In this document: positions 31,087-43,008 of the stretch, piece by piece | How positions within the stretch are numbered: the stretch's first letter is position 1 | Layout of the letters: the number at the start of each line of letters is the position of its first letter | Assembly: GCA_963695875.1 (NCBI GenBank) | Contig: CAVOID010000014.1 | Span: 32,001 to 96,000, forward strand | Source: an uncultured delta proteobacterium | Lineage (GTDB): Bacteria > Desulfobacterota > Syntrophia > Syntrophales > UBA2185 | Length of the DNA stretch: 64,000 nt | Direction: 5' to 3' | Made by a program: the position numbers and the translations under genes | Notes under the pieces: generated by a model | Seen by the model: only the letters and a program-made list of their open reading frames with translations | The model's database searches: none | What the model was told of the DNA's origin: nothing

Positions 31087-33745
31087 TTACCCCATTGCCT
31101 GAAGTCTTTTTAGGGCAGTTTCCAGAACAACCTGCTTCTCTTTGACTTCCCTGAATTTTTCTTCTTCTCTTTCAACTACCGCTTTTGAGGCCTTTGCCAT
31201 GAAATCGCGATTGGCCAGCTTCTTCGAGATTGTCGCCAGATCTTTATTTACCCTGGCCATTTCCTTTTCGAGCCTTGCCTTCTCCCCGGCAATGTCCACC
31301 ACGCCTTCCAGCGACACATATATCCGAATAGGTCCGACAACGCCGGTAGCGGCATTCTTAGGTTCTTCTCCATTACGACTGATGGTCAATGCCTCAAGAT
31401 TGGCCAGATTCATAATGTAACCATTTCCCATTCCAATGATCGCGCCGGATTCATCATCAGGAACAGAGACCATGACCTTTAATTTTTTCGATGGTGCTAT
31501 ATTCATCTCACCCCTGATGTTCCTGATAGAAGTTATTGCATTCATAATAATACTCATTTGTTTCTCTGCAACAAAGTCCTGACAGGTGTCATCCGGTGAG
31601 GGAAATTCACTTATCATAATGGATCTTCCGTCATCCACCATGGTCTGCCATATTTCTTCAGTCACGAAAGGCATGAAGGGATGAAGCAATTTCAAAGAAG
31701 ACTTCATGACATTAAGCAGGGTATGCTGCGCTACACGCCTCTTTGCAGGATCTCCTTTCCCATAAAGTGTCGGTTTGATCAATTCCAGATACCAGTCACA
31801 GAATTCATGCCAGATAAACTGATAAATACTTGAGGCGGCATCATTAAATCGATATTCATCCAGAGCTCTGATAACTTCGGTAACAGTTATGTTCAGTCGA
31901 TGCTTGATCCACCTGTCGGGAAGGGATTCATCGCCTTTATCTACATGAACCTCTTCGGACGGATAATCTTCCAGATTCATGAGGGAAAACCGGGTTGCAT
32001 TCCATATCTTGTTGACGAAATGTTTATTACCCTCAATCCGTTCCTCAGACATCCTTATATCCCTGCCCTGTGCAGTGAAGGCTGCCAGAGTAAACCTGAA
32101 GGCGTCGGCGCCGAACTTATCGATCATCTCGAGCGGATCGATTATATTCCCCTTGGATTTACTCATCTTATCTCCCATTTCATCGCGTACGAGGGCATGG
32201 AGATAGACGTCCTTGAAAGGGACTTTTTTCATAACATATAGCCCCATCATCATCATTCTCGCTACCCAGAAGAAGAGGATATCAAACCCTGTAACCAGAA
32301 GCGATGTGGGATAAAATGTCTTTAATGCCTTTGTTTTATCCGGCCAACCGAGGGTTGAAAAGGGCCAGAGGGCGGAACTGAACCATGTATCAAGAACATC
32401 TTCTTCCTGCGTAAGCGCGTTCCCACCGCAGTCCGGACATTTATCGGGGTCTACGGTAGAGACGATTTCTTTTCCGCAGGCGCCGCAATACCATACGGGA
32501 ATTCTGTGACCCCACCAAATCTGCCTTGAAATGCACCAGTCCCTGATATTATTCATCCAGTCAAAGTATGTACCTTCCCATGCGACCGGTATGATCCTCG
32601 TTTTCCCTTTAACTACTGCGGCAGTTGCCTTCTTCGCCAGAGGTTTTATCTTCACAAACCACTGTCTCGAAACCATGGGCTCGATATCCGTTTTACACCG
32701 ATAACACCGTCCGACATTATGGACATAAGGCTCCTTTCCTACAAGATAGCCTCCCTGTTCGAGATCCCTGAGAATATTTTCCCTGGCCTCATAGCGATCC
32801 TGCCCCCGATAAATGCCGCCATTCTCATTAATCACCCCGCTGCCATCCATTATCTTGATGATTTCCAGATTATGCCGTTCAGCGATGGCAAAGTCGTTTG
32901 GATCAGAGGAAGGAGTTACTTTTACCGCACCTGAACCGAACTCCATGCTTACATGATTATCGGCAATGACAGGTATCATCCTGTTGACAAGGGGGAGGAT
33001 TACTTTTTCCCCGATCTTATCTTTGTACCTTCTATCCCCGGGGTTAACGGCGACAGCCGTATCCCCCAGCATCGTCTCCGGACGTGTTGTGGCAACCACA
33101 ATATCACCGCCACCTTCGGCATAGGGATACCTGATATTCCAGAGAAAGCTTCCCTTCTCCTCAAATTCCACTTCAAGATCTGATATAGCCGTATGGCATC
33201 GGGGACACCAGTTGACAATATAGTCACCCCTGATAGATAAGTCCGTCGTTATACAGACGCACAAAGGTTTCCCTCACGGCCCTGGATAATTTTTCATCCA
33301 TGGTAAAGGCTTCTCTAGACCAGTCGCAGGAACATCCGAGCCTTTTCAACTGGTTTATAATAACCCCGCCATATTTCTCCTTCCATTCCCACACCTTTTC
33401 TATGAACTTTTCTCTGCCCAAATCATGTCTGGTGATGCCTTCTTTTGCAAGCTCCTGCTCGACTACATTCTGAGTGGCGATACCCGCATGATCCGTTCCC
33501 GGCATCCATAGGGCGTTATACCCCTGCATTCTTTTGTACCTGGTGATTACATCCTGCAGGGTGTTGTTCAGGGCATGCCCCATGTGGAGCATACCTGTAA
33601 CATTTGGAGGAGGAATAACCATCGAAAACGCAGGCTTTGGGCTTGTATCCTTAGCCCTGAAAAGACCGAGATCGAGCCAGTACCGGTACCACCTGGCCTC
33701 CGACTCCTTAGGTTCATAGGATTTGCTCAATGACACTTTCGTCAT
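31087..33745 (-). CDS. valS: Valine--tRNA ligase (frameshift near 33230)
   Basis: [20 protein letters not shown] and KMSKS motifs. Confidence 0.97.
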
Positions 33746-33758
33746 TTATATTTCTCCG

Positions 33759-34932
33759 TTAGAAAATTTTTAATTCTTCTTTGAGTTTTCTGATAATTAA
33801 AAGGGCATCAACACCAGGGACAGGACTGAGAGGGGCAAATTCACCGCTTGTAAAATCTTTGGCCTCCATAATCCCTCTCGATGTCACGACCATGACAGAA
33901 TTAAAATAGGGCAAATCAGATCTCAAATCAGGAAACGGTGATGAGCTTCCTATAAATTTGGTTGCAAGTGCATTATCTCCTGTCACTTTTATCAATACAT
34001 CCTCGATCATCATAGCATACGTTGCTCGATCTACCATATCACTCGGATGGAATGAGCCATCAGGATAAGCCTCCAATCCATGAACCCCTATCCGGAGAAT
34101 TCCCTCAATATCCGCCTTGAGGGGGTGGTTAGCGATATCCGCGGCTGTTACGGGAATCGCGCTTGATTTGACCTTTGCCGCTTCAGGATCTTTAAAGGCC
34201 GTATCAAAGGTCTTAGGCGTTTTCTTTTTATAGAGGACATCAATCTTTAATTCTTCAATAAACAGGGCGGCGGCATCTCCTCTATTGATACGTTCAAGAA
34301 TCGCGATCTTCTTTCCTGTAATTGTCCCCGGCATTGCTCTCTGTATCTTCTGGGTCAGATTCCATTCAGCATCTGCATCTTTGACGTAATCACCTTTAAG
34401 ATCGATTACCTGTTTGAACATCTGCCCGGCATTAGAAAAATCCAATGCGTTCTTGTAGGCTATTCCCATAAAGTAAAAGGCGGCGGACGACTTAGGATCT
34501 ATTTTCTTTGCCTTTTCAAATTCTCCCGTTGCATCTTTGAGCCAATCCTTGCCTGCCATGCTTAATGAATAGAGACGTATTCGAGATATATGAATAAAAA
34601 GTTTCTCATCATCATTCTTCGCATAACTCCATGCCTGTTTGATAGAGTCGTTGGCGGCCTTAAAATCTCCCTGATAGGCTTTTACAAGTCCCTTTCCCGC
34701 ATAAAGCCTTCGAATATTTAGGGTCTAGTGCTATAGCTCTATCAAATGACAAATTCGCATCAGCATATTTCCCCTGATCCAGGAATTTCATACCGGTATA
34801 GAAATGATGACCGGGTGTATCCATCTCACTTACAGGTTTTACCGCTTTCGGACCGCAAGAAACTATGAGAAATCCGATAGAGATACAAACGAATAACATC
34901 AACAAACTTCGATAATTCAGCCGTTGAACCAT
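33759..34932 (-). CDS. Lipoprotein with TPRs and a C-terminal SLH-like region (frameshifts)
   Basis: IVSC lipobox, TPR repeats, YPDGSFHPSDMVDRA SLH-like motif. Confidence 0.72.
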
Positions 34933-35118
34933 AACGTTCTCCTTTCTTTAAAAAAGCGTTAAGAGGAACAGATCAGGCTCTACTCCAGTGTAACATGCAA
35001 AATATCATGCACTTAATTATATTCATACAATATTGAAGTCAAGAAATTTCACTGTTTCCACAGTAAAGGCCCATAACTAATTCATCGTGCGTCAACTTTC
35101 ATTAGCACGAAAACAGCT

Positions 35119-35213
35119 GTCATCTTAAGCCTGTCGAAGGACGACAAGCTCGTGCTTCGACCCTTCGATAAACTAGGACAGGCTGATCCATGCTTCGACA
35201 AGCTCAGCATGAC
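35119..35213. repeat. REP-like cluster (CTTCGACAAGCTCAG family)
   Basis: GCCTGTCGAAGG / CTTCGACAAGCTCAGCATGAC; similar unit near 56972. Confidence 0.55.
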
Positions 35214-36185
35214 ATTACATTTTCATGACTTGTGGTGCCCCATAAGGCATGGGGGCTCATTAAGAAAAGGTCAATCTGTTCCCTCATGGCACCAATATCA
35301 GACGGGCTAAACCATGCAATCTCTTTGTCCGCGTTAAACCAGGTCATTTGCCGTTTTGCAAAGTGACGCGTGTCTCGTTTTATCAACCTGATTGCATCTT
35401 CAAGATTGCTTTTCCCCTTCAAATGGCGGACGATATGTTTATATCCCAGCGCCTGCATAGGCTTAAGGTTTTCACGATAACCCATAGAGAGAAGTCCCTT
35501 GACTTCATCAATCAGTCCATCTCGCATCATTTCTTCTGTTCGTTGATCTATTCTTCCATTCAATGAAGAACGCTCCAGAGTAAGACCCATCTTCTTACAG
35601 TCATAAAGATCGTCACCAAAGCGGTGGGCCTTTTGTCTTTCCACAATTGACTCGCCGCACAGCTCCAGAACTTCCAGGGCCCGGATGATCCGTACAGCAT
35701 CATTCTTATCAATCTGGGCGGCTGCCTGCTCATCCTTTTTCCTCAATTTCTCATACAAATATGTTTTCCCGAAATGTTTGAGCTCTTCCTTGTACAACTT
35801 CCTTAAGTCTTCATCAGCATCCGGCCCTTTAAAAAGACCGCCAAGAAGAGCTTTCACGTAAAGACCGGTACCGCCAACCACGAAAATGGGCTTTCTCCGG
35901 CTATGCAATTGCCCGATGATTCCCCGTGCCAGTTCGACGAACATTGCCGCGTTGAATTGCTCATCCGGATCGACAACGTCAATAAGATGATGCGGAAGCA
36001 CAGACTGTTCTTCAGCAGTCGGCTTTGCCGTACCGATATCCATAAAGCGGTAGACCTGCATCGAATCGGCACTGATAATCTCACCACCCCATTCACTGAG
36101 CAAGCCGGATCGCCACCTCGGTCTTACCCACAGCGGTCGGGCCAACGATAACGATCAGGCGGGGTCTATTGTCATTCGCACGCAT
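35204..36185 (-). CDS. miaA: tRNA dimethylallyltransferase (frameshift near 36095)
   Basis: GPTAVGKT, ISADSMQVY, IGTAKP and AKRQMTW motifs. Confidence 0.95.
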
Positions 36186-36189
36186 GCAT

Positions 36190-38016
36190 TTATTTTCGTT
36201 TAAACATACTTTCCAGGTCCCAAAGGCCAAATGAAATGAATACAGGCCGCCCATGGGGGCACGTGGAGGAAAATGAGGTGTTATCCAGGTCCTTACAGAG
36301 CATTGCCACCTCTGATTCCGTAAGTATCTGATTCGCCTTAACCGCCCCTTTGCAGGCTAAAAGGGCAAAAACCTTTTCTCTTCTTGCTTCTAACCCCAAG
36401 GGTTTTTCCGTCTTCGAGAATTCTTCAATTATCTCAAAAAACAACTTCTTAGGTTCGATATGAGAAAGCAATGCCGGTAAGGATTTCACGATAACAGTTT
36501 TCTCCCCAAAATGTTCCACCTCTATACCGGAGTCTTCAAGAATTTTGATATATTCCGTCAAGACAGCAAACTCTCCGTGTGAAAGACTCACGATCTCCGG
36601 CATCAGTAGCTGCTGGCTTATGATCTTCTCACCGGGCACCGGTGATCCCTTCTTGAGCTTTTCAAACAAGACCCTTTCATGTGCTGCATGTTGATCAACA
36701 AGAGTCAAACCTGCAGATGAAGAGAAAACGAGATATGTCCCGGCGATTTGTCCGATATACTCCAGGTCGGTAAAATTAAGCACCCTCCCCGCAGGTCCCA
36801 GTTCTTCACCCCTTTCTTCCGGCAACCTTTCTAATCGTACCGCATCATTTTCCTGAACCCTATCAAGTGCTTTGCCGGTTCTCCTGGAGTCACCAATACC
36901 TTTGTCAAAGAACAGCTTCCCGCTCCCTGACGATATCGTGTATCGCTTCAAGGCTTCTCGTACCCTTTCACTGTAGCCCTCAGGCATTGTCCGCGCTCCC
37001 TCGCTTGATAAAAGAGGCGCAATATTAGCCAGGGCAGCAGCAAGGGCTTCAACGACAATATCATAGATTTCCCTCGGATTTCTGAAGCGAACCTCCATCT
37101 TGGCAGGGTGGACATTGACATCGACATCTTCAGGAGGAAGATCAACAAACATCACTACAGCGGGATACCTTTTTGCCTCAATTAAACGCCTATAAGCCGT
37201 CATCACAGCATGGTTCAGAAGATAATCCCTGACAAATCTTCTATTCACATAAAAATACATTTGTTTCGCATTGGATCGGCTGTACTCAGGTTTAGAGGCA
37301 AATCCCGCTAGCATTACGCTCTCCCTGGTACCTTTAACCGGTATCATATGGTCCCCATAATCTGTCCCTAAGACAAGAGAAATCCTTTCAGAAATATCCC
37401 CGGTGGCCGGTATGTTCAATAGCTCCTTTCTATGAGCCGCAACTTTTATTCTGACTTCCGGACGGGAAAGAGCCATCCTCGTAATCACATCCATACAATA
37501 TCCATGCTCGGTCATCTCTGTCTTGAGGAACTTTTTACGTACGGGGACCGGATCGAAGATATGACTCACCAGGACAGAGGTACCGACCGGGCACCCCGTG
37601 TCGGTTATGGCCTTGACCTGTCCTGCCTCAACAATCACCCTTGTACCCGATATAGAAGACTGCCTTCTCGTGACCATCTCGACACGGGAAATCGCGGCAA
37701 TGCTCGGCAGGGCCTCTCCCCGAAAACCGTATGACCTTACCTTATAGATATCATCAAACTGGTATATCTTACTGGTAGCAAAGCGCTCAAAAGCACGGGG
37801 AACATCTATGTCCTCGATACCCTCACCATTGTCGACGACTTTGATTGAGCCACAGCCTCCTTTTTCCAGCTCGACCGTAATGTCCGTAGCGCCGGCATCG
37901 AAGGCATTTTCCAGGAGTTCCTTCAGAATGGATGCGGGCCTCTCGACAACCTCTCCTGCCGCAATTTTACTTGATAGACTTTCAGGTAAAACAACAATTT
38001 TCCCGGCCAAGATCAA
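36190..38016 (-). CDS. mutL: DNA mismatch repair protein MutL
   Basis: IAAGEVVERP, GFRGEAL, DQHAAHER and CPHGRP motifs. Confidence 0.97.
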   Translation of the reverse strand: MILAGKIVVLPESLSSKIAAGEVVERPASILKELLENAFDAGATDITVELEKGGCGSIKVVDNGEGIEDIDVPRAFERFATSKIYQFDDIYKVRSYGFRGEALPSIAAISRVEMVTRRQSSISGTRVIVEAGQVKAITDTGCPVGTSVLVSHIFDPVPVRKKFLKTEMTEHGYCMDVITRMALSRPEVRIKVAAHRKELLNIPATGDISERISLVLGTDYGDHMIPVKGTRESVMLAGFASKPEYSRSNAKQMYFYVNRRFVRDYLLNHAVMTAYRRLIEAKRYPAVVMFVDLPPEDVDVNVHPAKMEVRFRNPREIYDIVVEALAAALANIAPLLSSEGARTMPEGYSERVREALKRYTISSGSGKLFFDKGIGDSRRTGKALDRVQENDAVRLERLPEERGEELGPAGRVLNFTDLEYIGQIAGTYLVFSSSAGLTLVDQHAAHERVLFEKLKKGSPVPGEKIISQQLLMPEIVSLSHGEFAVLTEYIKILEDSGIEVEHFGEKTVIVKSLPALLSHIEPKKLFFEIIEEFSKTEKPLGLEARREKVFALLACKGAVKANQILTESEVAMLCKDLDNTSFSSTCPHGRPVFISFGLWDLESMFKRK

Positions 38017-38055
38017 TTACCTTCTATAAAAAATTCTTTTCCATATAGTTGCGAC

Positions 38056-38140
38056 AAGGATTCAGGGATTCTATGATTTGAGGCTTGAAGTGTTTGATCG
38101 CATCTACTTGAATCCTTGAACCCTTGGCCCCTTGAATCCT
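38056..38140. repeat. Short-period (about 8 bp) intergenic repeat in inverted arrangement
   Basis: AAGGATTC/AGGGATTC vs CTTGAATC/CTTGAACC/CTTGGCCC/CTTGAATC. Confidence 0.5.
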
Positions 38141-38253
38141 GAAGTTGCCAGCAACTTTCTCGGAGATGAACCAAAGCTTTTTTCAATATTAAAAGACCGC
38201 AGTTACATTCACACAGCAACTGCGGTCGATTATAGATCAGTCCGTCGATCAGG

Positions 38254-39201
38254 TCAGTCCAGGACAATCATTACACGACACTTTTTCAAAAAGGTCAGAT
38301 TATCCGAAGCGCCTCTGATCTTTTCCGCATCTGCATTACTGATCACAACGTCAGATCGGCCGGGGCCTTCAGTCTTAATTCCTTTGACGCTGAGCGGATT
38401 GTTCGTCACTCTCGGATTACTCTGAGCCGCTGTAAGATCCCTTGCATAGCCACTCATGCCCTGTTGAACAGCATATTCACGATCTACATTCACGGAGCCA
38501 TAGACTTCCTTGCCACTCTCATCAATAACCTTGGGAGACATGGCAGGTCGTGCCTGGAGACCTCGTGCATCAACAACCATACCCGTATATACAACCGGTG
38601 CCGGCGCTGGTGCTACCGGGACTGGTGCTGCTGGTGCTGGTGCTACCGCTACTGGTGCTGTCGGTGCGGGTGCTGCTGGTGCTGGTGCTGTCGGTGCGGC
38701 CGGAGGCGCTGCCTCCGGTTTTTTCTCAAGGACCATGGGTATAATGATTTTTGAAAAACCACCTGGTATGGGCATTCTTACAGTCACTTCTACAGTCCCA
38801 TCGGACAGATATTCCTGATTCACTACCTTAGCGCCTTTGACAAGGCCTTCAACCTGTACATTGATGACATCACTTTCCACTGTATAATCCTTGACCACTG
38901 TCGCGGAATCGACGCGCACGCCTTTTGTTGTTTCGAGTAAATTACGATAAGCATCAACCCTGGCCGCCCTCAAAGCCATGGGACGAGCCTGCGGCTTTCC
39001 TATATACCTGTCGGGAGGGGTACCAATCCCCGTAGCCTCAACATAGCCCTCCGACCAGTTAATCTTCCCTTTATTACCCATCTGCTCGATGATCTGAGTC
39101 CATTCCGACCCGCTGACCTTTTCCTGACAAAAACCGATCCCTGAATAGAGGAACAACATGCTTACGATGACACCCGCTGTGATGATTAGTTTCGACCTCA
39201 T
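38254..39201 (-). CDS. Exported LPP20-like protein with a Pro/Ala-rich linker
   Basis: Signal peptide; MALRAARVDAYRNLLE..KGVRVDS motif; PAAPTAPAP repeats. Confidence 0.75.
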   Translation of the reverse strand: MRSKLIITAGVIVSMLFLYSGIGFCQEKVSGSEWTQIIEQMGNKGKINWSEGYVEATGIGTPPDRYIGKPQARPMALRAARVDAYRNLLETTKGVRVDSATVVKDYTVESDVINVQVEGLVKGAKVVNQEYLSDGTVEVTVRMPIPGGFSKIIIPMVLEKKPEAAPPAAPTAPAPAAPAPTAPVAVAPAPAAPVPVAPAPAPVVYTGMVVDARGLQARPAMSPKVIDESGKEVYGSVNVDREYAVQQGMSGYARDLTAAQSNPRVTNNPLSVKGIKTEGPGRSDVVISNADAEKIRGASDNLTFLKKCRVMIVLD

Positions 39202-39344
39202 AATATCCTCCTTACTATTGGTTTTCAAATTAACCCATAAAGCCAGATGATCACGATTGGTTAAACTTGAATTACTCATCGTTATCTTCAAAATGTGAAC
39301 GTAAAATAGCAGAATGCCACCAAGGTTTCAATGAAGAAATAACA

Positions 39345-42101
39345 TCATTTCTTTTCGACAAATGCCTTACTTTCAGGGGCCTCTAACCACGGCTTTATAT
39401 TAATATTTTTGTCTAAGTCTCCCCAGATAAGATTTTGGTCAGGCGGGCTCTTTCCCCACCAGTTGTTTCTTGCATCAATGAAAATGGTGGAAAATGTCTG
39501 AATAGCCACTGTGTTATCGATAAAATTATTATTGTGTATGACGGGATTCGACATCCCTACACACTTGATAGCGCCCTCTCCGAGGTTGCCGGCAAAAGTA
39601 TTATAAAATACCCTGGGAGCCGCATCATTCCGACAGTAGATACCACCCTGGGCATTATGGGCAATGTTACATGATGAAATTTCCGGTGTTCCATAATAAA
39701 CGTCAAAAGCGGTGTTCGCATACTTGACGACACAGTATGCAAAAGCGCTATTTACTTTGGTGGATTTCGCAAATCGCACTGCATTGTTGTAAAAACCCGG
39801 AGAGGGTGAAGTCCCTGACGCTGTAAATACAATCGGACGTTCCCCTGTGCCCCTGGCCATTATGCCGCCGTCTTCGGATATTATGGATGTGTTCTGGTCG
39901 TACTGGATCATCACCCCCGGCTCGATGAACAGTGTCGCACCCCCGTCAACGATAACATCCTTTGTGACACGGTAAGGACTGTTAGAAAGGACAAGAAAAG
40001 CATCCGACTTGATGGGCCCACCCAGCACCTGAGAAAGTATGGGGAGTTCGAACGGCTTCCCCTCGGGATAAGGGGCATTTAATACTGATTTGATGTTGAT
40101 TCTGCCCCGTATTCCAGCGAGAATGTCAAGACCCCCGGCAGAACCCCACCAATTGTTTACTGCATTGACAGCCTCTCCGGTCATATCACCCATGATATCA
40201 AACGGCTTGTTGTCACTGATATTGTTCTCCGTGATCAAAGCCTGACTTTTCTTTACTGTAATTCCCGACCCTCGGTTTTGTGTTATCCTGTTATGTGTAA
40301 TTATGGGAGCAGCCGACAAAATTAGAATGCCTTCTTTCACATTATCCTGGATATTATTTTCCGTAACTTTCGGCTGGGCCCCATCCGCAATCGAAACCGC
40401 GGCTTCTCTGCTTTTATGGATTGTATTCTTCATTACCTGTGGTTTTGAAAATGCACCCGAAATCATCAACGCCGTATCGTTTTCCACGAGTTCGCAGGCC
40501 TCAATGCGCGGTGAAGATGCCCGGCAAAGAATTCCTGTTGAGGCGTTGCTGATGCGGCAGAATTTGATCAGATTTTCCTTTTCCTTAACGTTATTAAAAA
40601 TCAATCCTCTCCATGATTGTCCGCCCTCTGCAACGTCAAGAATGATGATGTGTTCCGCGTCCCCCTGGGCATTAAAGCGGCCTTCAATTACCAGGGCGCC
40701 ACCCTTGGACCTTATCTCCGTACCTGGCTCAATAGTAAGAACGGCCTTATCTTTAACTATTACAGCACTTTCGATTATATAGGGACTCGCGCCGGCATAC
40801 CAGGTAGTATCAGACTCAATAATCCCTGAAACAGGCGTTGGCCCAGGCGCCACAGGCATACCGGTTATGGTGCCCGACCTCTCACTTTCATTCCCAGCCC
40901 AGTCTACGGCAGTGACCTGATAGTAATATTTCTGCGCATTGACTAGTTTCTCATCACGATAATCATTTACTTCCGTCTTCGCAATTTGCTGAAAACCGCT
41001 GAGTGGAGTACTGCTGCGGTAGATCCTGTATTCCGCCAAATCCGGGGCTGATGAATTTCCCCAGTCCAGAAGAACCACGGTATTCCGTCCGACCGCCTTC
41101 CCGTTTTCGACTCTTTCAGGTGGCACAGTGTCAAGAGTTACCGTTCCGATAGCATCGACCCATTGAGCAGTGTTGCCCGCATCATCCCTCAGATAACCGG
41201 TAACCACGGCGTTTGTTACATTATCTCCCGGAATGACTTTATAGATGCCCAGATATCCTCCCGGCTCAACTTCCTGCATGTCTATATTCTTTTTGAACTC
41301 ACCGATTTCAAAGTAGGCCTGCATCTTGGGCGTGCCCTGAATGACTACTTTGATTTCATCGCCTGCCCTTTTCGGCATGTTCTTCGTATCCTGTGTGAGA
41401 AGGCTGATGACAGGCGGTCGCAGGGCCTCCGCCATGGTGGGTATGGGAATGGTCTTGACCATATCCCTGAAGAGGTCATCACAGGCACGTAGTAACTGGA
41501 TGTCTCTGACATTCATCGCCGTCGCAATGACCGTGGCAATAATACCGACGGGAGTTGTAGAAATACCGCCCTCATGGATGCGGGCCACATGCTTGCCGCT
41601 CCAGAGGAAATTTCCCGTCTTGGTATCATACATCTTGATCTTTGCCCCTACAGAAACTGAGGAATAAACGATGGCAAATAACTTGTCAAAATCTGAAATA
41701 TTACCGTAGATCACGGCATCCACACCGAGGATCTTACCCAATTCCTCGGGAGAGGTCTTGTTGATAGTTTCAGTATCGGTCAATCCCGCTTTTCTTAATA
41801 CATTATCCACGGTATAGAGTTTCATACCTTTATAGGGCAGCGAGCTGAAGTGATTGTAAAATCCTCTTCGAACCTCATCAGAGCCGAGCTGGCTTCTCGC
41901 TTCATTCATAAAGGGAAGAACTGCAACAGTCTGTGGTTTGTGCTTTTCCAGATAAGGGCCAACCTCGTAGGTCCCTTTAAAGAAGGATCGGATTTGTGGT
42001 GCGATGGCGGTTTCTTTCGTGGCAACCAGGCAGCTCTGTGTGATAACCAGAAGAGGCAGCAGTACAATGATTAGTATGGACCCTTGCAATCCCTTTTTCA
42101 T
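39345..42101 (-). CDS. Large lipoprotein: GNA1162/DUF799-like domain + FN3 + right-handed beta-helix repeats
   Basis: TQSC lipobox; TVAVLPF...LGKILGVDAVIYG; YYYQVTAVDWAGNES; NNWWG beta-helix ends. Confidence 0.8.
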   Translation of the reverse strand: MKKGLQGSILIIVLLPLLVITQSCLVATKETAIAPQIRSFFKGTYEVGPYLEKHKPQTVAVLPFMNEARSQLGSDEVRRGFYNHFSSLPYKGMKLYTVDNVLRKAGLTDTETINKTSPEELGKILGVDAVIYGNISDFDKLFAIVYSSVSVGAKIKMYDTKTGNFLWSGKHVARIHEGGISTTPVGIIATVIATAMNVRDIQLLRACDDLFRDMVKTIPIPTMAEALRPPVISLLTQDTKNMPKRAGDEIKVVIQGTPKMQAYFEIGEFKKNIDMQEVEPGGYLGIYKVIPGDNVTNAVVTGYLRDDAGNTAQWVDAIGTVTLDTVPPERVENGKAVGRNTVVLLDWGNSSAPDLAEYRIYRSSTPLSGFQQIAKTEVNDYRDEKLVNAQKYYYQVTAVDWAGNESERSGTITGMPVAPGPTPVSGIIESDTTWYAGASPYIIESAVIVKDKAVLTIEPGTEIRSKGGALVIEGRFNAQGDAEHIIILDVAEGGQSWRGLIFNNVKEKENLIKFCRISNASTGILCRASSPRIEACELVENDTALMISGAFSKPQVMKNTIHKSREAAVSIADGAQPKVTENNIQDNVKEGILILSAAPIITHNRITQNRGSGITVKKSQALITENNISDNKPFDIMGDMTGEAVNAVNNWWGSAGGLDILAGIRGRINIKSVLNAPYPEGKPFELPILSQVLGGPIKSDAFLVLSNSPYRVTKDVIVDGGATLFIEPGVMIQYDQNTSIISEDGGIMARGTGERPIVFTASGTSPSPGFYNNAVRFAKSTKVNSAFAYCVVKYANTAFDVYYGTPEISSCNIAHNAQGGIYCRNDAAPRVFYNTFAGNLGEGAIKCVGMSNPVIHNNNFIDNTVAIQTFSTIFIDARNNWWGKSPPDQNLIWGDLDKNINIKPWLEAPESKAFVEKK

Positions 42102-42162
42102 GAGAGGCCTCCCACTACTATTATTATAACATCTAATCGCAGAGCCGGTTAAACAATCGTTT

Positions 42163-43008
42163 TTAATATTCCATCTTTTTGATAAAATCATCAAGAGCGA
42201 TTTGCCAGTATCTCATTGTTTTCCCCGTAGATTCAATAAATTTTCTGCAGCTGAGCACACTGAGATGCGGGCGGTTCGCAGGCCTTGCCAGAACATCTGA
42301 TTTTATGGGCTTCACGGTAACATCATCTATGCAGGCAGACTTCAATATTCTCTTAGCGAACTCATACCAGCTGCACTTGCCCCTGTTTGTTACATGAAAT
42401 GTCCCGCTGTACTTGCCTTCAATCAATAGTTGAACGGCACCCGCCAGATCCCACGAAAATGTTGGGCTGCCGATTTGATCATCAACAACTTCCAATTGCT
42501 TACTTATTCTGGCTTTATCAACAATTGTTTTTACGAAGTTCTTCCCATTTTTGCCATAAAGCCATGCCGACCGGATGAGAAGAAAGTCGTTGGAAAATTG
42601 CTGTAGATACTGCTCCCCCGCAAGCTTTGACTGGCCGTAAACATTGATAGGATTGCATGTGTCGTCTTCCACGTAAGATGTTCCCTTCTTACCGTCAAAG
42701 ACATAATCAGTACTGAAGTGGACAACTTTTATGCCCCGGTCTCTGCACGCCAGAGCAATATTTTTCACTCCCTCCGCATTGACGGAAAAACACTTTTCTC
42801 TGTTCGTTTCACAGCCATCGACATCGGTGTATGCAGCCGCATTAATAACAACATCAGGCTCGGTTTCTGAGATAACACCCTCGCAAGCATCTGCCGAAGC
42901 AATATCCAAATCTTCTATGTCCTTACCTGTCACCTCGTGAAAGGCAAAAAGTCTCAGGAAAAGATCACTGCCAAGCATACCTTTGTGGCCCAATATCAAA
43001 ATCTTCAT
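42163..43008 (-). CDS. rfbD: dTDP-4-dehydrorhamnose reductase
   Basis: GHKGMLG, STDYVFDG, YGQSK and DQIGSPT motifs. Confidence 0.95.
   Translation of the reverse strand: MKILILGHKGMLGSDLFLRLFAFHEVTGKDIEDLDIASADACEGVISETEPDVVINAAAYTDVDGCETNREKCFSVNAEGVKNIALACRDRGIKVVHFSTDYVFDGKKGTSYVEDDTCNPINVYGQSKLAGEQYLQQFSNDFLLIRSAWLYGKNGKNFVKTIVDKARISKQLEVVDDQIGSPTFSWDLAGAVQLLIEGKYSGTFHVTNRGKCSWYEFAKRILKSACIDDVTVKPIKSDVLARPANRPHLSVLSCRKFIESTGKTMRYWQIALDDFIKKMEY

Noticed and set aside
31087..33745. Programmed frameshifting or pseudogenisation of valS (also gltX and others)
   Set aside because: Essential genes with scattered indels across the whole window; sequencing error is more parsimonious.
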